NCBI RefSeq assembly: GCF_902713615.1
Contig: NC_052146.1
Location: 18,713,879-18,777,878 of the forward strand
Reading direction: 5' to 3'
Length of the DNA: 64,000 bases
Source of the DNA: Scyliorhinus canicula
Taxonomy: Eukaryota
Part shown: piece after piece, positions 24,235 through 37,601 of the stretch
Layout of the letters: every line of letters starts with the position of its first letter
Numbering within the stretch: position 1 is the stretch's first letter
The notes under the pieces: model-generated
Database searches by the model: none
What the model saw: only the letters and a program-made list of their open reading frames with translations
Told to the model about the DNA's origin: nothing
Made by a program: the position numbers and the translations under genes

Positions 24235-24830
24235 AGTAGATTGGATTGGATTGGATTTGTTTATTGTCACGTGTACCGAGGTACAGTGAAAAGTATTTTT
24301 CTGCGAGCAGCGCAACAGATCATTGAGCACATGGGAAGAAAAGGGAATAAAAGAAAATACATAATAGGGCAACACAAGGTATACAATGTAACTGCATAAG
24401 CATTGGCATTGGGTGAAGCATACAGGGTGTAGTGTTAATGAGGTCAGTCCATAAGAGGGTCATTTAGGAGTCTGGTGACAGTGGGGAAGAAGCTGTTTTT
24501 GAGTCTGTTCGTGCATGTTCTCAGACTTCTGTATCTCCTGCCCGATGGAAGAAGTTGGAAGAGTGAGTAAGCCGGGTAGGAGGGATCTTTGATTATGCTG
24601 CCTGCTTTCCTCAGGCAGCGGGAGGTGTAGATGAAGTCAATGGATGGGAGGCAGGTTTGTGTGATGGACTGGGCGGTATTCACGACTCTGAAGTTTCTGG
24701 CGGTCCTGGGCCGAGCAGTTGCCATACCAGGCTGTGATGCAGCCAGATAGGATGCTTTCTCTGGTGCACCTGTAAAAGTTGGTAAGGATTTCAACATGCC
24801 AAATTTCCTTAGTTTCCTGAGGAAGTACAG
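24235..24830 (-). mobile_element. Rex1/Babar-type LINE 3' fragment
   Basis: LYFLRKLRKFGM...LLPSGRRYRSLRT.TNRLKNSFFP, a stem-loop tail and a (AATCC)n end. Confidence 0.85.
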
Positions 24831-26047
24831 GAAGATTGTGAAATATTGCTGCTTTGCTTTGAACTGAGAGCCAACTGACTCATCCCACATCCATTCACAT
24901 GAGATGCTCCCCATTCATTTTGAAAATAGCAAACTTTTTTTTTTTTACATGGCCCAGACGGGGGTGGGATGGGAAGCGACGTCTGTTTGACTAAGAAGGA
25001 AGAAGTCAGAGGGGCAACCTCCCAGTTTCTGCAGACGCTGGAAAATAAAAGGAAATAAAAGAAACCAGCACAGTTCAACCTGAGATGAGAGTAGGCCCAG
25101 TGAGGGAAAACCACAGGCTTGGTTAGCGGCAATCAGAGTTTGCCCACTCGTGTGGAATAATGCGTTTATGTATTCGGGAGATGCGATTTGAGGTTGTGAA
25201 TTCAGTGAGTTATGATTATATCTCTCACTTCACATTCCTTCGCTGCCCGTAAAATGAAGCAGTTCAGCACCAACTTGCAGTTAATGTAGAAAAATGTCCC
25301 AACACGTTTCACAGGCTAATGATGGCGAAATTAGGACGGGTGACTACAAGCTTGGTCGATGGGGTAGGATATAAGCTGCATCTTGAAGGAGGGCTGAGAG
25401 GGGGAGAGGCTTAGGAGGGCCTACTCCACTGGAGGTACGGCTGCCTCTGGTGGGGGCGCAGGAAGTGGAGGACGGACGGGAGATCAGAATTGGAGGAATG
25501 TAGAGTTCTTGGAGACTTGTAGAGCTGGAAGAGGTGATGGGGAGATGCCTTGGAGTGATTTGAACATGAGGACAGGAATTTTAAATTCAAGGTGTTAGTG
25601 GACTGGGAGGCAATGTAGGGCATTGGCCATGGCGATAATGCATGAATGGGATGTGGAGTGAGTTAGAATAATGGCTGAGTTCTGTCTGACTAAAACATTG
25701 GAAAAACACACGATGGATATGTATAAGAGAGACAATACCCAGATCAGAATGCAAAGTGGCACAATTATGAGCATTGCTAATAGTACAACTGCTGTTCTAA
25801 TACAAGAGATACAGGTAACAAATACATTGAAACTAAGAGAATATCAGATGGAAAATGTTCATAAATAGTCGCTCACTCACAATGTGCACTTGTGACAAAG
25901 ACTACAAACAGCAGGTTATTTTAAACCCTGTTGAATTGTCTGTTTTCCTCCCTGATTCTTGACTAATATCAACAAATTCCTTATTTTTAAAAATAGAAGT
26001 ATTTTGCCTTCTATCAGCGTTGGTAATCTGCATCTCTGGTTTTGTAG

Positions 26048-26093
26048 GCTCCACCAGAATCGGAGGAAAAACAGCTGAGCTGCAGGAGTCGAG
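26048..26093 (+). CDS. USP30: USP30 exon 6
   Basis: APPESEEKQLSCRSR; 46 nt, phases fit the neighbouring exons. Confidence 0.9.
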
Positions 26094-26228
26094 GTAAAAA
26101 AAACCTTTGTTCCTGAATGAACTTTAGTGATGAGATCTCAATCCAACAATCACTCTGCATAACAGAGCAGTGAGCAACAATAACGACATGACTGGAGAGA
26201 CTGAAGCTATAAGTTATCCAGGCAATGA

Positions 26229-26465
26229 GATAATCTTTATTGTCACAAGTAGGTTTACTTTAACACTGCAATGAAGTTACCGTGAAAAGCCCCTAGTTGC
26301 CATACTCAGGCACCTGCTCGGGTACACAGAGGGAGAACTCAGAATGTCCAAATTACCTAACAGCGCGTCTTTTGGGACTTGTGGGAGGAAACCGGAGCAC
26401 CAGGAGGGAACCCATGCAGACTCTGCACAGACAGTGACCCAAGCCGGGAATCAAACCTAGGACCC
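26229..26465 (-). mobile_element. tRNA-head SINE with Rex1-like tail (long form)
   Basis: Homologous to 30145-30440, 37055-37345, 51480-51745 and 59167-59435. Confidence 0.8.
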
Positions 26466-26511
26466 TGCTTGCATCATGCTTACAGCCAGCATTTATGGGT
26501 AAATTGTATTA

Positions 26512-26832
26512 TAGAATAGAATCCCTACAGTGCAAAAGGAGGCTATTCAGCCCACCGAGTCTGCGACCGACCGACCAAAAGAGCACTTTACCTAGATCAA
26601 CTCCCCTGTCCTAACCCTGTAACCTAACTGGCACATCCCTAGACAATGAGGGGCAATCCAGCATGGTCAATCCACGTAACCTGCCCATCTTTGAACCGTG
26701 GGAAGAAACCGGAGCACCCGGCGAAAATTCACGCAGACACGGGAAGAACGTGCAAACTCCACACAGACTAGGCTGGAATGGAACCCAGGTCCCTGGTGCC
26801 GTGAGGCAGCATTGCTAACCACTGTACCACCC
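26512..26832 (-). mobile_element. HE1-type SINE
   Basis: Family homology. Confidence 0.8.
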
Positions 26833-27320
26833 TCAGGCTGAGTTTTGATTTGAAGGATTACATCATGATAAAGATTGACCGGTACCATGGTTTTGAATGC
26901 TGAGCTGAAAGAAAATAGCACTGCATTCAATTTTTAAAAGCATGCTATTTGGATGTTTATTTTAAAAGTCACCCGTGACCTAGTAAAATGTCCAAGGCAT
27001 TTCACGGGAAATCATCAACCAAAATTTAACACTCGAACACGTGGCGTGACAATGGGACAGGGACTAACTAAATGTTACCAAGGGAAAATCCAGTCTTGGG
27101 AATATTCTCTATGACATGCCACAAGTGTTTCACGATCCAATCGAATTGGAGTGCGGGTGAACACAATCCAAAGATTAAACACGAGTAAGTCCCGATAGTT
27201 ACGTATTGTTAAGCCTGTTGCTGCCAACCTTTCATTGCGGGTCGATTTTAACCTGTCTGTCTGAGATTGTGATTTGTGACTTTTTTTTACAGCAGCCGTT
27301 AAAATTGGGCTCCACTAATA

Positions 27321-27500
27321 ATAATATAATAATAATCGCTTATTGTCACACGTAGGCTTCAATGAAGTTACTGTGAAAAGCCCCTAGTTGCCACATTTCG
27401 CCGCCTGTTCGGGGAGACTGGTACGGGAATTGAACCCGCGCTGCTGGCCTTGTTCTGCGTTACAGGCCAGCTGTTTAGCACACTGTGCTAAACCAGCCCC
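27321..27500 (-). mobile_element. Short SINE with Rex1-like tail
   Basis: Reverse complement of the 16684 family; (ATT)n end. Confidence 0.8.
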
Positions 27501-27579
27501 TAAGTTGCCTGAGGTGTTTTGCAGGTCTCATTCCAAATCTATCACTGTTAATTCGTCCTGTATCTATCTATTATTGAAG

Positions 27580-27674
27580 GGCCTTTGCTGCCACCACCAA
27601 GTCCCTGGAAGTCCCAGCACCCGTTCCACGGCCGACTGACCAGTAACATGGTGTGCAAACGGTGCGAGCAACAG
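27580..27674 (+). CDS. USP30: USP30 exon 7
   Basis: PLLPPPSPWKSQHPFHGRLTSNMVCKRCEQQ; 95 nt. Confidence 0.96.
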
Positions 27675-28795
27675 GTGGGTTTTCATGTGAAGAAAGAGGA
27701 GAGATTACACAAACTAGGGTTGTATTGTGAGGAATTTAGAAGGTTAGGAGTTATTTGATCGAAGTTTACAAGAAATGAAGAGGAACAGATAGAGTTAGAT
27801 ACGGATACTTCTGCTAGTTAGGGGGTCTAGAGCTATAGGACATAGTCTAAAAATTAGGGCCAGACTTTTCCGGAGTGGAATTAGGAAACCGCTCTATAGG
27901 CAAAGTGTGATAGCAGTTTGGAACTCTCTTCCACAAACTACAATTGATGCAAGATCCATTTTAAAACTTGAGTTTTTGTTCTCCAATTGGGGATATGGTG
28001 CAACGGTGGAGTTAGGTTGCAGATCAGCCATGACCCCAAAGAATGGCGGACAGAGTCAATAGATGGTCTGTTCCTGCTTCTGTGTAAACATGTGAGGTTT
28101 TAAGCTTCAAATGGTGTAGTTTAGTTACCCGCTGAACTCTCAGTATGAATTGTATTTCTTTTCTCATTTTGAAAGATATACTGAATGTAAATGTAACACC
28201 TGAACCTGTGGTGGTTTCTGGGTGCCTATGCTGTAAATATTCACGGGGCATGTTGATTACGCCATACTGCTGGCTGAGAAAGTCTGAGCTGGGGGAACAA
28301 TCCATGCCAATCCCTACGCCGCTTATTAACTGGCTTACTCGAAAACATTGCCGGACTGGTTCCCATTAGAAATCCTTGTGGATGAGAACTAGTGGAGATA
28401 AGAGAATTGTGGATGATTGACATTTCCTGTTATAACCATTGCAAGTGCATTCGCATTGAATTCTGTAGAATTAGCCTAAAATCAGGCCATTCAGCCTTGG
28501 TGTTCATGCTCCCTCTCACCCTTTCTTCATGTCACCACATCAACTTATCCTTCCATTCCTTTTTTCCTCATGTGTCTGTGCAGCTTCCCCTTGAATGGAT
28601 CTGTAATATTCCCTCAACTATTCTTTGTGGTGGCGTGCTTTACATTCTAAGCACACTGGTTAAAGACCTATCTCCTGAATTCTAACAGAATTTATTAGTA
28701 ACATTTTTATAGTCCCTACAGTGGGTGAAGGCTCCTAACTCTGGGCTTCCCCACAAGTCTACCTGATCAAACATGATCAGAATTTGTATGAAACA

Positions 28796-29024
28796 GCAGC
28801 ACGGTGGCGCAGTGGGTTCGCTCTGCTGCCTCACGGCGCCGAGGTCACGGGTTCGATCCCGGATCTGGGTCACTATCCATGTGGAGTTTGCACATGCTCC
28901 CCGTGTTTGCATGGGTTTCGCCCCCACAACCCAAAGGATGTGCAGGCTAGGTGGATTGGCCACGCTAAATTGCCCCTTCATTGGAAAAAAAAATGAATTG
29001 GGTACTCTAAATTTAAAAAAAAAA
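28796..29024 (+). mobile_element. HE1/V-type SINE, A-tailed form
   Basis: 15-bp flanking duplication AATTT(G/C)TATGAAACA at 28781-28795 and 29028-29042. Confidence 0.88.
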
Positions 29025-29442
29025 CATAATTTCTATGAAACATCGTAAACCTGTAGATGAATTTGCCAAGCAAATCTCCTGTTTTATGTGGAAGACCAGG
29101 ATTTATGCTCTCTGTTTGTTGAAAGCTACAGTCCCTGAGCCGTGACTCACTAGACTGCCTGTAATGCAGGTTCACCCGCTGATTTTTGCTTCATTTTATC
29201 AGTTGACACTCTTTCTCCTTAATCCTGGCTCTGTAGACGGTGAACTGTGAATTCAGGCCCACCGACAAATGGAACAGAACAGCCCCGCTAAGGTTGCAAG
29301 TAACGAGGAGGGGGTGGGGTCGGCTGCTAATGCCCTCCCTCCCCCACCCTGGCCTCTATATATTATTGCAAAGCTCTGGTGTGGGGAAAGAATACTGCGA
29401 GAATTTTACCACATAATCACTGGCTTTGCGTTTTCTTGTCAG

Positions 29443-29502
29443 AGTCCTGTGAGGTATGACACATTTGACAGCCTCTCCCTCAGCATTCCGACAGTCACAT
29501 GG
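29443..29502 (+). CDS. USP30: USP30 exon 8
   Basis: SPVRYDTFDSLSLSIPTVTW; 60 nt. Confidence 0.97.
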
Positions 29503-29589
29503 GTATGTACTGTCTACAGTTTATTTTGTGCTGATTGCTTTGTATTATTTTTACTGATTAAGAACAGACAAATTCTTCTGTGTGGTGTA

Positions 29590-29900
29590 GCAACTTCAGA
29601 GACTTGAGCACTGACTCTCGTGCAGTACTGCACCATCTGAGGGGGGATTTTCAGATGCGATATTGTGTGCCCTCACAGATGGACACAAAAGGTCTCTTGT
29701 CACTCTTTCGAAGAGAAGCAGGGGAGTTTTCCCTGGTGTCCCTGGCAATATTTGTCCTTCAACCTAAATTACTGAAACAGATGATCTGGTTATTATCATG
29801 TTGCTGATTCTGGGAGTTCTGCTGTACTTTATTGGTCAGTATCAGCGCTTTGGGATGTTCTAAGGTAGTGAAAGGTGGTGTATCAATGCAAGTTTCCCTT
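29590..29900 (+). mobile_element. Deu-domain SINE (SacSINE1/AmnSINE-like), old
   Basis: TTTCGAAGAGAAGCAGGGGAGTTTTCCCTGGTGTCCCTGGCAATATT...AAACAGATGATCTGG core and a GCGCTTTGGGATG...ATGCAAG tail. Confidence 0.75.
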
Positions 29901-30144
29901 CAAAATGAATGACATTGCGGAAAAGTTTTCTACGACTGCTCATCAGTTTAGTACCGGAGAGTGGGGAAGACAAGTCAGGGAAGATCAGTTGAGTGAGGCT
30001 GCAAGGGAGGAACTGTAGGTAGGAGATGAGGGACTGAGCTGGCGAAGGGGACCAAAGAAGGTCGTGATACAGTCCCCAGGAAGGGATAAAGAGGAGAGAC
30101 GATGATAGAAAAACATGGGATTAAATCTAAATAACTTAACAAGA

Positions 30145-30440
30145 CGGCACAGTAGCACAGTGGTTAGCCCTGTTGCCTCTCATCGCCAGGGACCCGGGTT
30201 TGATTTCCGACTTGGGTCCGTGTAGTGTCTGCACGTTCTCCCCGTGTCTGCGTGGGTTTCCTCCGGGTGCTCAGTTTCCTCCACAAGTCCCGAAAAATGT
30301 GTGAATTGGACATTCTGAATTCTCCCTCTGTGTACCCGAACAGGTGCCGAAATGTGGCGACTAGGGGATTTCCACAGTAAATTCATTGTAATGTTAATGT
30401 AAGCCTACGTTTGACACTAATAAAGATAATTATATTATTA
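30145..30440 (+). mobile_element. tRNA-head SINE with Rex1-like tail
   Basis: Family homology; (ATT)n end. Confidence 0.82.
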
Positions 30441-31058
30441 TCTTTGAAAAAAAGTGGAAGTTGAAAGCAAAGTTTCACCAGTGGGAAATAAAATTGAAGT
30501 GTTTGGATACTCTCATTATGATGCTTCCTACATGACAAAAGTGACTACATGTCAAAAAGTACTTAATTATCTGTAAAGCGCTTTGGGATGACCCAAGGTC
30601 ATGATAGGTGCTCTATAGATGCAAGTCTCCTTTTATTTGTGTCACACTGCAGCAACCAGTGCAACTGCATTGATACAGTAACCTGGTTACATACAGTTTT
30701 CCCATGATAAAATGTTGCCATGCTTAGATAGGGTTTCACCGTTTATGGTAACTTATGTAGGCATTTTCAATTATAAGTGTTGGCAATGGTGATTTGAAAA
30801 GAATTACAAGACTTTTAACATTTATATTAACCCTTTGTGGGGATCTGCGCCCCAAGCAGCATATGCACCCTGTTCAACTAAGTAAAATACTCCACCAACA
30901 TACTTATTGTCGGATATATGGTCATGGTTTAAATGGGATTGAAAGTGGCTGGGACGTGGAGATAGAGGTAGCAAAATAAGCTAATTACTCACTTTACAGT
31001 TCAATAAAGCTGGACAGTGACTTTACTAATTGACAGCTGTACTTTTGTCTCATGATTA

Positions 31059-32900
31059 TAGAACATAGATAGAACATAGAACATTACAGCGCAGTACAGG
31101 CCCTTCGGCCCTCGATGTTGCGCCGACCTGTGAAACCACTCTAAAGCCCATCTACACTATTTCCTTATCATCCATATGTCTATCCAATGACCATTTGAAT
31201 GTACTTAGTGTTGGCGAGTCCACTACTGTTGCAGGCTGGGCATACCACACACTTACTACTCTCTGAGTAAAGAACCTACCTCTGACATCTGTCCTGTATC
31301 TATCTCCCCTCAATTTAAAGCTATGTCCCCTCGTGCTAGACATCACCATCCGAGGAAAAAGGCTCTCACTGTCCATCCTATCTAATCCTCTGATCATCTT
31401 ATATGCCTCAATTAAGTCACCTCTTAACCTTCTTCTCTCTATCGAAAACAGCCTCAAGTATCCTCAGCCTTCCCTCATAAGATCTTCCCTCCATACCAGG
31501 CAACATTCTGGTAAATCTCCTCTGCACCCTTTCCAATGCTTCCACATCCTTCCTATAAGGCGGCGACCAGAATTGCACGCAAGACTCCAAATGTGGGCGC
31601 ACCAGAGTTTTGTACAGCTGCAACATGACCGTAGGGCTCTGAAATTCAATCCCTCTACCAATAAAAGCTAACACACCGTATGCCTTCTTAACAACCCTCT
31701 CAACCTGGGTGGCAACTTTCAGGGATCTATGGACATGGACACCGAGATCTCTCAGCTCATCCACACTACCAAGAATCTTACCATTAGCCCAGTACTCTGT
31801 CTTCCTGTTATTCCTTCCAAAATGAATCACCTCACACTTTTCTGCATTAAACTCCATTTGCCACCTCTCAGCCCAGCTCTGCAGCTTACCTATGTCCCTC
31901 TGTAACTTGTAACATCCTTCCGCACTGTCCACAACTCCACCGACTTTAGTGTCATCTGCAAATTTACTCACCCATCCTTCTACGCCCTCCTCCAGGTCAT
32001 TTATAAAAATGACAAACAACAGTGGCCCAAAAACAGATCGTTGTGGTACACCACTAGTCTGAACATTTCCCATCAACCACCACCCTTTGTCTTCTTCCAG
32101 CTAGCCAATTTCTGATCCAAACTGCTAAATCACCCTGAATCCCATGCCTCCGTATTTTCTGCAATAGCCTACCGTGGGGAACCTTATCAAACGCTTTACT
32201 AAATCCATATACACCACATCAACTGCTTTACCCTCATCCACCTGTTTGGTCACCTTCTCGAAGAACTTAATGAGGTTTGTGAGGCACGACCTACCCTTCA
32301 AAAAACCGTGTTGACTATCTCTAATCAAATTATTCCTTTCCAGGTGATTATACATCCTATCTCTTATAGACCTTTCCAAGACTTTGCCCACAACAGAAGT
32401 AAGGCTCACTGATCTATAGTTACCGGGGTTGTCTCTACTCCCTTTCTTGAACAACGGGACAACATTTGCTATCCTCCAGTCTTCTGGCACTATTCCTGTA
32501 GACAAAGATAACTTAAAGATCAAAGCCAAAGGCTCAGCAATCTCCTCCCTAGCTTCCCAGAGAATCCTAGGATAAATCCCATCCGGCCCAGGGGACTTAT
32601 CTATTTTCACTCTTTCCAGAATAGCTAACACCTCCTCCTTATGAACCTCAAGCCCTTCTAGTCTAGTAGCCTGTATCTCAGTATTCTCCTCGACAACATT
32701 GTCTTTTTCCTGCGTGAATACTGATGAAAAATATTCATTTAGCACCTCTCCTATCTCCTCGGACTCCACGCACAACTTCCCACTACTGTCCTTGACTGGC
32801 CCTACTCTTACCCTAGTCATTCTTTTATTCCTGACATATCTATAGAAAGCTTTAGGGTTATCCTTGATCCTACCTGCCAAAGACTTCTCATGTCCTTCTC
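31059..32900 (-). mobile_element. CR1 LINE, 5'-truncated (RT + 3' UTR)
   Basis: KSPGPDGIYPR, SGVPQRSVFGPLLF and KFADDTK motifs; (TATGTTC)n tail; several frameshifts. Confidence 0.95.
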
Positions 32901-32944
32901 ATTATCATGCATGATGGTAATAGTGGGGGGAACTATATAGGTGG

Positions 32945-34048
32945 ATAGAAACTATTGAGATGGATAGAAAACTGGTTGGCAGAGAGGAAACAAAGAGTAA
33001 GAATTAATGGGTCCTTTTCAAATTGGCAGGCAGTAACTAGTGGGGTACCACAGGGATCGGTGCTGGGACCCCAGTTATTCACAATATATATTAATGATTT
33101 GGATGAGGGAACAAAATGTAACATCTCAAAGTTTGCAGATGATACCAAGTTGGGTGGGAGAGTTAACTGTGACGAGGATGCAGGGATCCTACAGCAAGAT
33201 CTGGACAGGTTGGGCGAGTGGGTAAATCAATGGCAGATGCAGTATAATTTGGATAAGTGTGAGGTTATTCACTTTGGAAGCAAAAACAGGAAGGCAGATT
33301 ACTACCTAAACAGTTGTAAATTGGGAGAGGGGAGTGTGCAAAGGGACCTGGGTGTCCTTGTGCACATTCACTGAAGGTAAGCATGCAGGTGCAGCAGGCG
33401 GTAAAGAAGGCTAATGGTATGTTGGCCTTCATTGCGAGAGGTTTTGAGTACAGAAGCAGGGATGTGTTGCTGCAATTATACAGGGCCTTGGTGAGGCCAC
33501 ACTGAGAATATTGTGTGCAGTTTTGGTCTCCTTTTCTGAGGAAGGATGTTCTTGCTCTCGAGGGAGTGCAGTGAAGGTTTGCCAGACTGATTCCAGGGAC
33601 GGCGGGACTGTCATATGAGGAGAGATTGACTAGGTTAGGATTGTTCTCGCTGCAGTTCAGAAGAATGAGGGGGGGTCTCATAGAGACGTAGAAAATTATG
33701 ACAGGACTAGACAGGGGAGATGCAGGGAAGATGTTCCCAATGGTGGGTGTGTCCAGAACCAGGGGTCACAGTCTGAGGATTCAGGGTAAACCATTTCGGA
33801 CAGAGATGAGACATTTCTTCACCCAAAGAGTGGTGAGCCTGTGGAGTTCATTACCACAGGAAGTAGTTGATGCTAAAACATTGACTATATTCAAAAGGCA
33901 GCTAGATATAGCACTTGGGAAGAATGGGATCAAAGGCTATGGGGAGAAAGCAGGATAGGCTATTGAGTTGGATGATCAGCCATGATCGTGATATATGGCT
34001 CGAAGGGCCAAAAGGCCGCCTCCTGCTCCTATCTTCTATGTATCTATG
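32945..34048 (+). mobile_element. CR1 LINE 3' fragment (different subfamily)
   Basis: SGVPQGSVLGPQLF and KFADDTK motifs; CR1 tail. Confidence 0.93.
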
Positions 34049-34137
34049 TAAAGGCAAAGATTGTGGGTGTTACAATGAGCTGATGCGTCTGCTCTGTGCT
34101 CTGGTTTTAAATGACCTCTTATTTTGTACCTCCCCAG

Positions 34138-34224
34138 GGCAGACCTGTGACACTGGACCTCTGCCTCCAACACTTCATCTCATCAGAGTCCATTAAAGAT
34201 GTGATGTGTGAAAACTGTACCAAG
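34138..34224 (+). CDS. USP30: USP30 exon 9
   Basis: GRPVTLDLCLQHFISSESIKDVMCENCTK; 87 nt. Confidence 0.97.
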
Positions 34225-34809
34225 GTGAGCACCAGTCTGTTTTTTTCCAATTAACACGGGTGGCAGGGTGGCACAGTGGTTGGCACTGCGGCCTCCAGCG
34301 GGTTCGATTCCAGCCTTGGGTGACTGTCTATGTGGAGTTTGCATTTCTCCCCGTGTCTGCGTGGGTTTCCTGAACCACACAAGATAGGCTGGTTTGAGGT
34401 TCAATCCCTGATCCATGTTGAGTTAGCTAATCTAGAGTCGGAACAGCGGGAAATGCAATGAAGTTGCCTCTAAGTGGCTAAGTGGAGGGGGAAAGATATT
34501 ACTTGGGGTTCCCACTCCTGAGATGGTGATCTCTGTTGGGAAAACATGTTTCTTCCAGGTTTCAGGTGAGAATGTTAGCTGTGATGCTGCCAGTGGTTGG
34601 ACAGCTCGCTAATGCTTACTGTCTAGACGTGTCATTTGAAGAGTAACTGTGGCAACAATTGCAAAGATTTAGAGTAAAAAGTTGAATAATGAGTAAAGCT
34701 GAAAGATAATATGAATGCTTTGCTGCAGACAATTGGCCATAAAGCTGTTATCTAGCAATATGATAACATAGTTGTTATGTTACTGGAAACATAATCTAGG
34801 GGCCTGAAC

Positions 34810-35670
34810 TAATATAATTTCCTTAAAAACTGAAGCAGTCCATATGCAAATGCAACAAGACCTGGATAATACCCAGGCTTGAGCTGACAAGTGGCAAATG
34901 ATATTCGTACCATACAAGTGGCAGGCAATGACCATCTCCTACAGAGAGGATCTAGCCATCTCCCCATGACATTCAATGACATTACCATCACCAAATCCCC
35001 CATTATCAACATCCTGGGGGGTTACCATTGAACAAAAACTGAACTGGTCTAGCCATATAAATACTGTGTCCACAAGAGCAGGTCAAAGGCTTGGAACTCT
35101 GCAGCGAGTAACTCACCTCCTGACTCCCCAATGCCTGTCCACCATCTACAAGGCACAAGTCCAGAATGTGATGGAATACTCTTCACTTGCCTGGATGAGT
35201 GCAGCTCCAACAAGACTCAAGACTTTTCACACCATCCAGGACAAAGCAGCCCACTTGATTTCTCCTCCTTCCACGAACTTTGACTCCCTCCACCACCGGA
35301 GGACAGTGGCAGCCGTGTGTAACATTTTCAAGATGCACTGCAATAACTCACCAAGGTTCCTGAAGCAGCACCTTCCAAACTCACGACCACTACCATCTAG
35401 AAGGACAAGAGCAGCAGATACCTGGGAACCCCACCACCTGGAGGTTCCCCTCCAAGTCACTCACCGCCTTGACTTGGAAATATATTGCCGTTCCTTTACT
35501 GTCGCTGGCTTAAAATCCTAAAACTCCCTCCCTAACAGCACAGTGGGTATACCTACAGCGGAAGGACTATAGCGGTTCAAGACAGCTCACCACCACCTTC
35601 TCAAGGGAAACTAGGGAAGGGCAATAAATATTGCTCTAATCAGTGACGCCCACATCCCGTAAAATAATTT
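34810..35670 (+). mobile_element. L2/CR1-superclade LINE 3' fragment
   Basis: LGVTIEQKLNWSSHI...LSTIYKAQVQNVMEYSSLAW thumb-region remnant. Confidence 0.8.
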
Positions 35671-35814
35671 TTAAAAAATACAAATTTGGAGCAGGAGTAG
35701 GCCATTCAGCCCCTCTGCCTGTTGTACCATTCAATAAGATCATGTCTGATCTGATTGTGGCCGTAACTCCACATTCTGCCTCCCCGCCGTATCCATTGAC
35801 TCCCTTATTAATCC

Positions 35815-36160
35815 AAACTATGCGAGTCCAAATCCCACCGTGGCAGCTGTGAGATTTAAACTCAACTAATGAAATAAATCTGGAATAAAAAGTCCGTATC
35901 ACTAATCGTGAACATGAAAACGAATGGCGTGTCACTAATTGTTCACTTGCATCTTTACAGAAGAGAAATTAATGTCCTTCCCTGGTCTGACCGATACATG
36001 ACCCCGGACCTAAAACAATGCCTCCTAACTACCTTCTGAAATGGCCCAACGGGTCACTCCATTACATTCAAGAGGGTAGCTCACCAATACCATTTCGAGG
36101 GCCATTAGGGATGGGTGATCAATACTGGATTTGCAAGTGACACTCATACTCTGTGAATGA
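35815..36160 (+). mobile_element. tRNA-derived SINE sharing the L2/CR1-like tail (old)
   Basis: Homologous to 16000-16350. Confidence 0.6.
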
Positions 36161-36729
36161 ATCAAAAACAAACCTATACCATTTGTTTATCATGAGAATC
36201 TTTTCACTGACACTTATGCTCCTCAAGTTACCTTATTGTCAGTCCCCAATATTCCACTTGTTAAGCTGATGAACAATCGAGCCCAAACATAATTTTTGTT
36301 TTCAAAACCTTGTAAATTGAATGAATCGTGTGTCATGACCGAAAGGTGGTCCGGCATGATTCAGGGGGGTGAGGAGTGTCTAGAAGCTGGGTGAGAGCAT
36401 TAGGCAGCCCATCTAACTGAGGCCTGCGTGTGTTCATCTGCTTTGTTCAGTACATTGCTTCAAAGTGCGGTTTCTGAAACGACTGCAGTCTGAGGCTGTC
36501 CAATGCTGCGTTGGAAGCAGCTCCCAAATTTCCGACAGGCGAAGTTAATTGTGAACCTCGAATGACCCTGGACGTGTCGGGAGAACCTAGGTGGAGAGGG
36601 GAGAAATGGGAGTGTGAGAAGGTGGTCCATAGTGACTGTCCTGAGTGTGCAAGGTGTAAGTGAGGAAGAGATTGCGTTTAAATGGTTTTCTCCTTTCTGA
36701 CAACACTTTCTGTTCTTCGGGAAATCCAG

Positions 36730-36804
36730 GAAGGGGAAACGCTGAACGGAGAGACTGCGGAAAACCAAAGGACAACCTTCATCAAACAGCTTAAAATTGG
36801 AAAG
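36730..36804 (+). CDS. USP30: USP30 exon 10 (acceptor shifted 6 nt downstream relative to the human alignment)
   Basis: EGETLNGETAENQRTTFIKQLKIGK. The first AG after the pyrimidine tract is 36728-36729; donor AAG|GTGAGG. Confidence 0.88.
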
Positions 36805-37054
36805 GTGAGGTTTGCATCAACGGTGGGGCCTGCTTCCTGCGAGTTTTATGGTTATGCTCCTGAAAAGGCTTTAAAGGTTTATTTTAAAGGAGTATTTTTT
36901 TAAAAAAAAACAAAAATTGGATCTCACTTGGAAGAGGGAAGACTTTGTGACTGGAAGCTCTCAGCAAGTCAGGCAGCATCTGTGCAGAGAGGACGATGGG
37001 ATCAACGTTCCGGGTCTATCATTCTTTGTCAGAAGGGTTATGGTGAAGGGCTAC

Positions 37055-37583
37055 ATAATAATCTTTATTGTCACAAGTAGGCTTACATTAACACTGCAAT
37101 GCTGTTACTGTGAAAATCCCCTAGTCGCCACACTCCAGCGCCTGTTCGGGTACACTGAGGGAGAATTCAGAATGTCCAATTCACCTAACAAACACGTCTT
37201 TCGCGACTTGTGGGAGGAAACCGGAGCACCCGGAGGAAACTCACGCAGACACGGGGAGAACATGCAGACTCCGCACAGACAGTGACCCAAGCCAGGAATC
37301 GAACCTGGGTACCTGGCGCTGTGAAGCAACAATGCTAACCCTGCCATGCCTACACAACAAATACTGCTGAATGATCTCCCCGTGTTTGCGTGGGTTTCCT
37401 CCGGGTGCTCCGGTTTCCTCCCACAAGTCCTGAAAGATGTGCTTGTTAGGTGAATTGGATATTCTGAATTCTCCCTCTGTGTACCCGAAGAGGAGCCGGA
37501 GCGTGGCGACTGGGCGATTCAAATAGAACTTCATTGCAGTGTTAATGTAAGCGTACTTGTGACACTAAGAAAAATTATTATTA
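37055..37583. mobile_element. Inverted pair of Rex1-tailed SINEs (minus 37055-37345, plus 37375-37583)
   Basis: Arms of ~205 bp are reverse complements of each other. Confidence 0.85.
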
Positions 37584-37601
37584 CGTATTGTCTGTTTCTA
37601 T

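Noticed and set aside
31059-34048. Single CR1 with a 5' inversion (twin priming)
   Set aside because: The two oppositely oriented pieces overlap in RT coordinates, each has its own 3' tail, and they belong to different subfamilies, so they are independent insertions.
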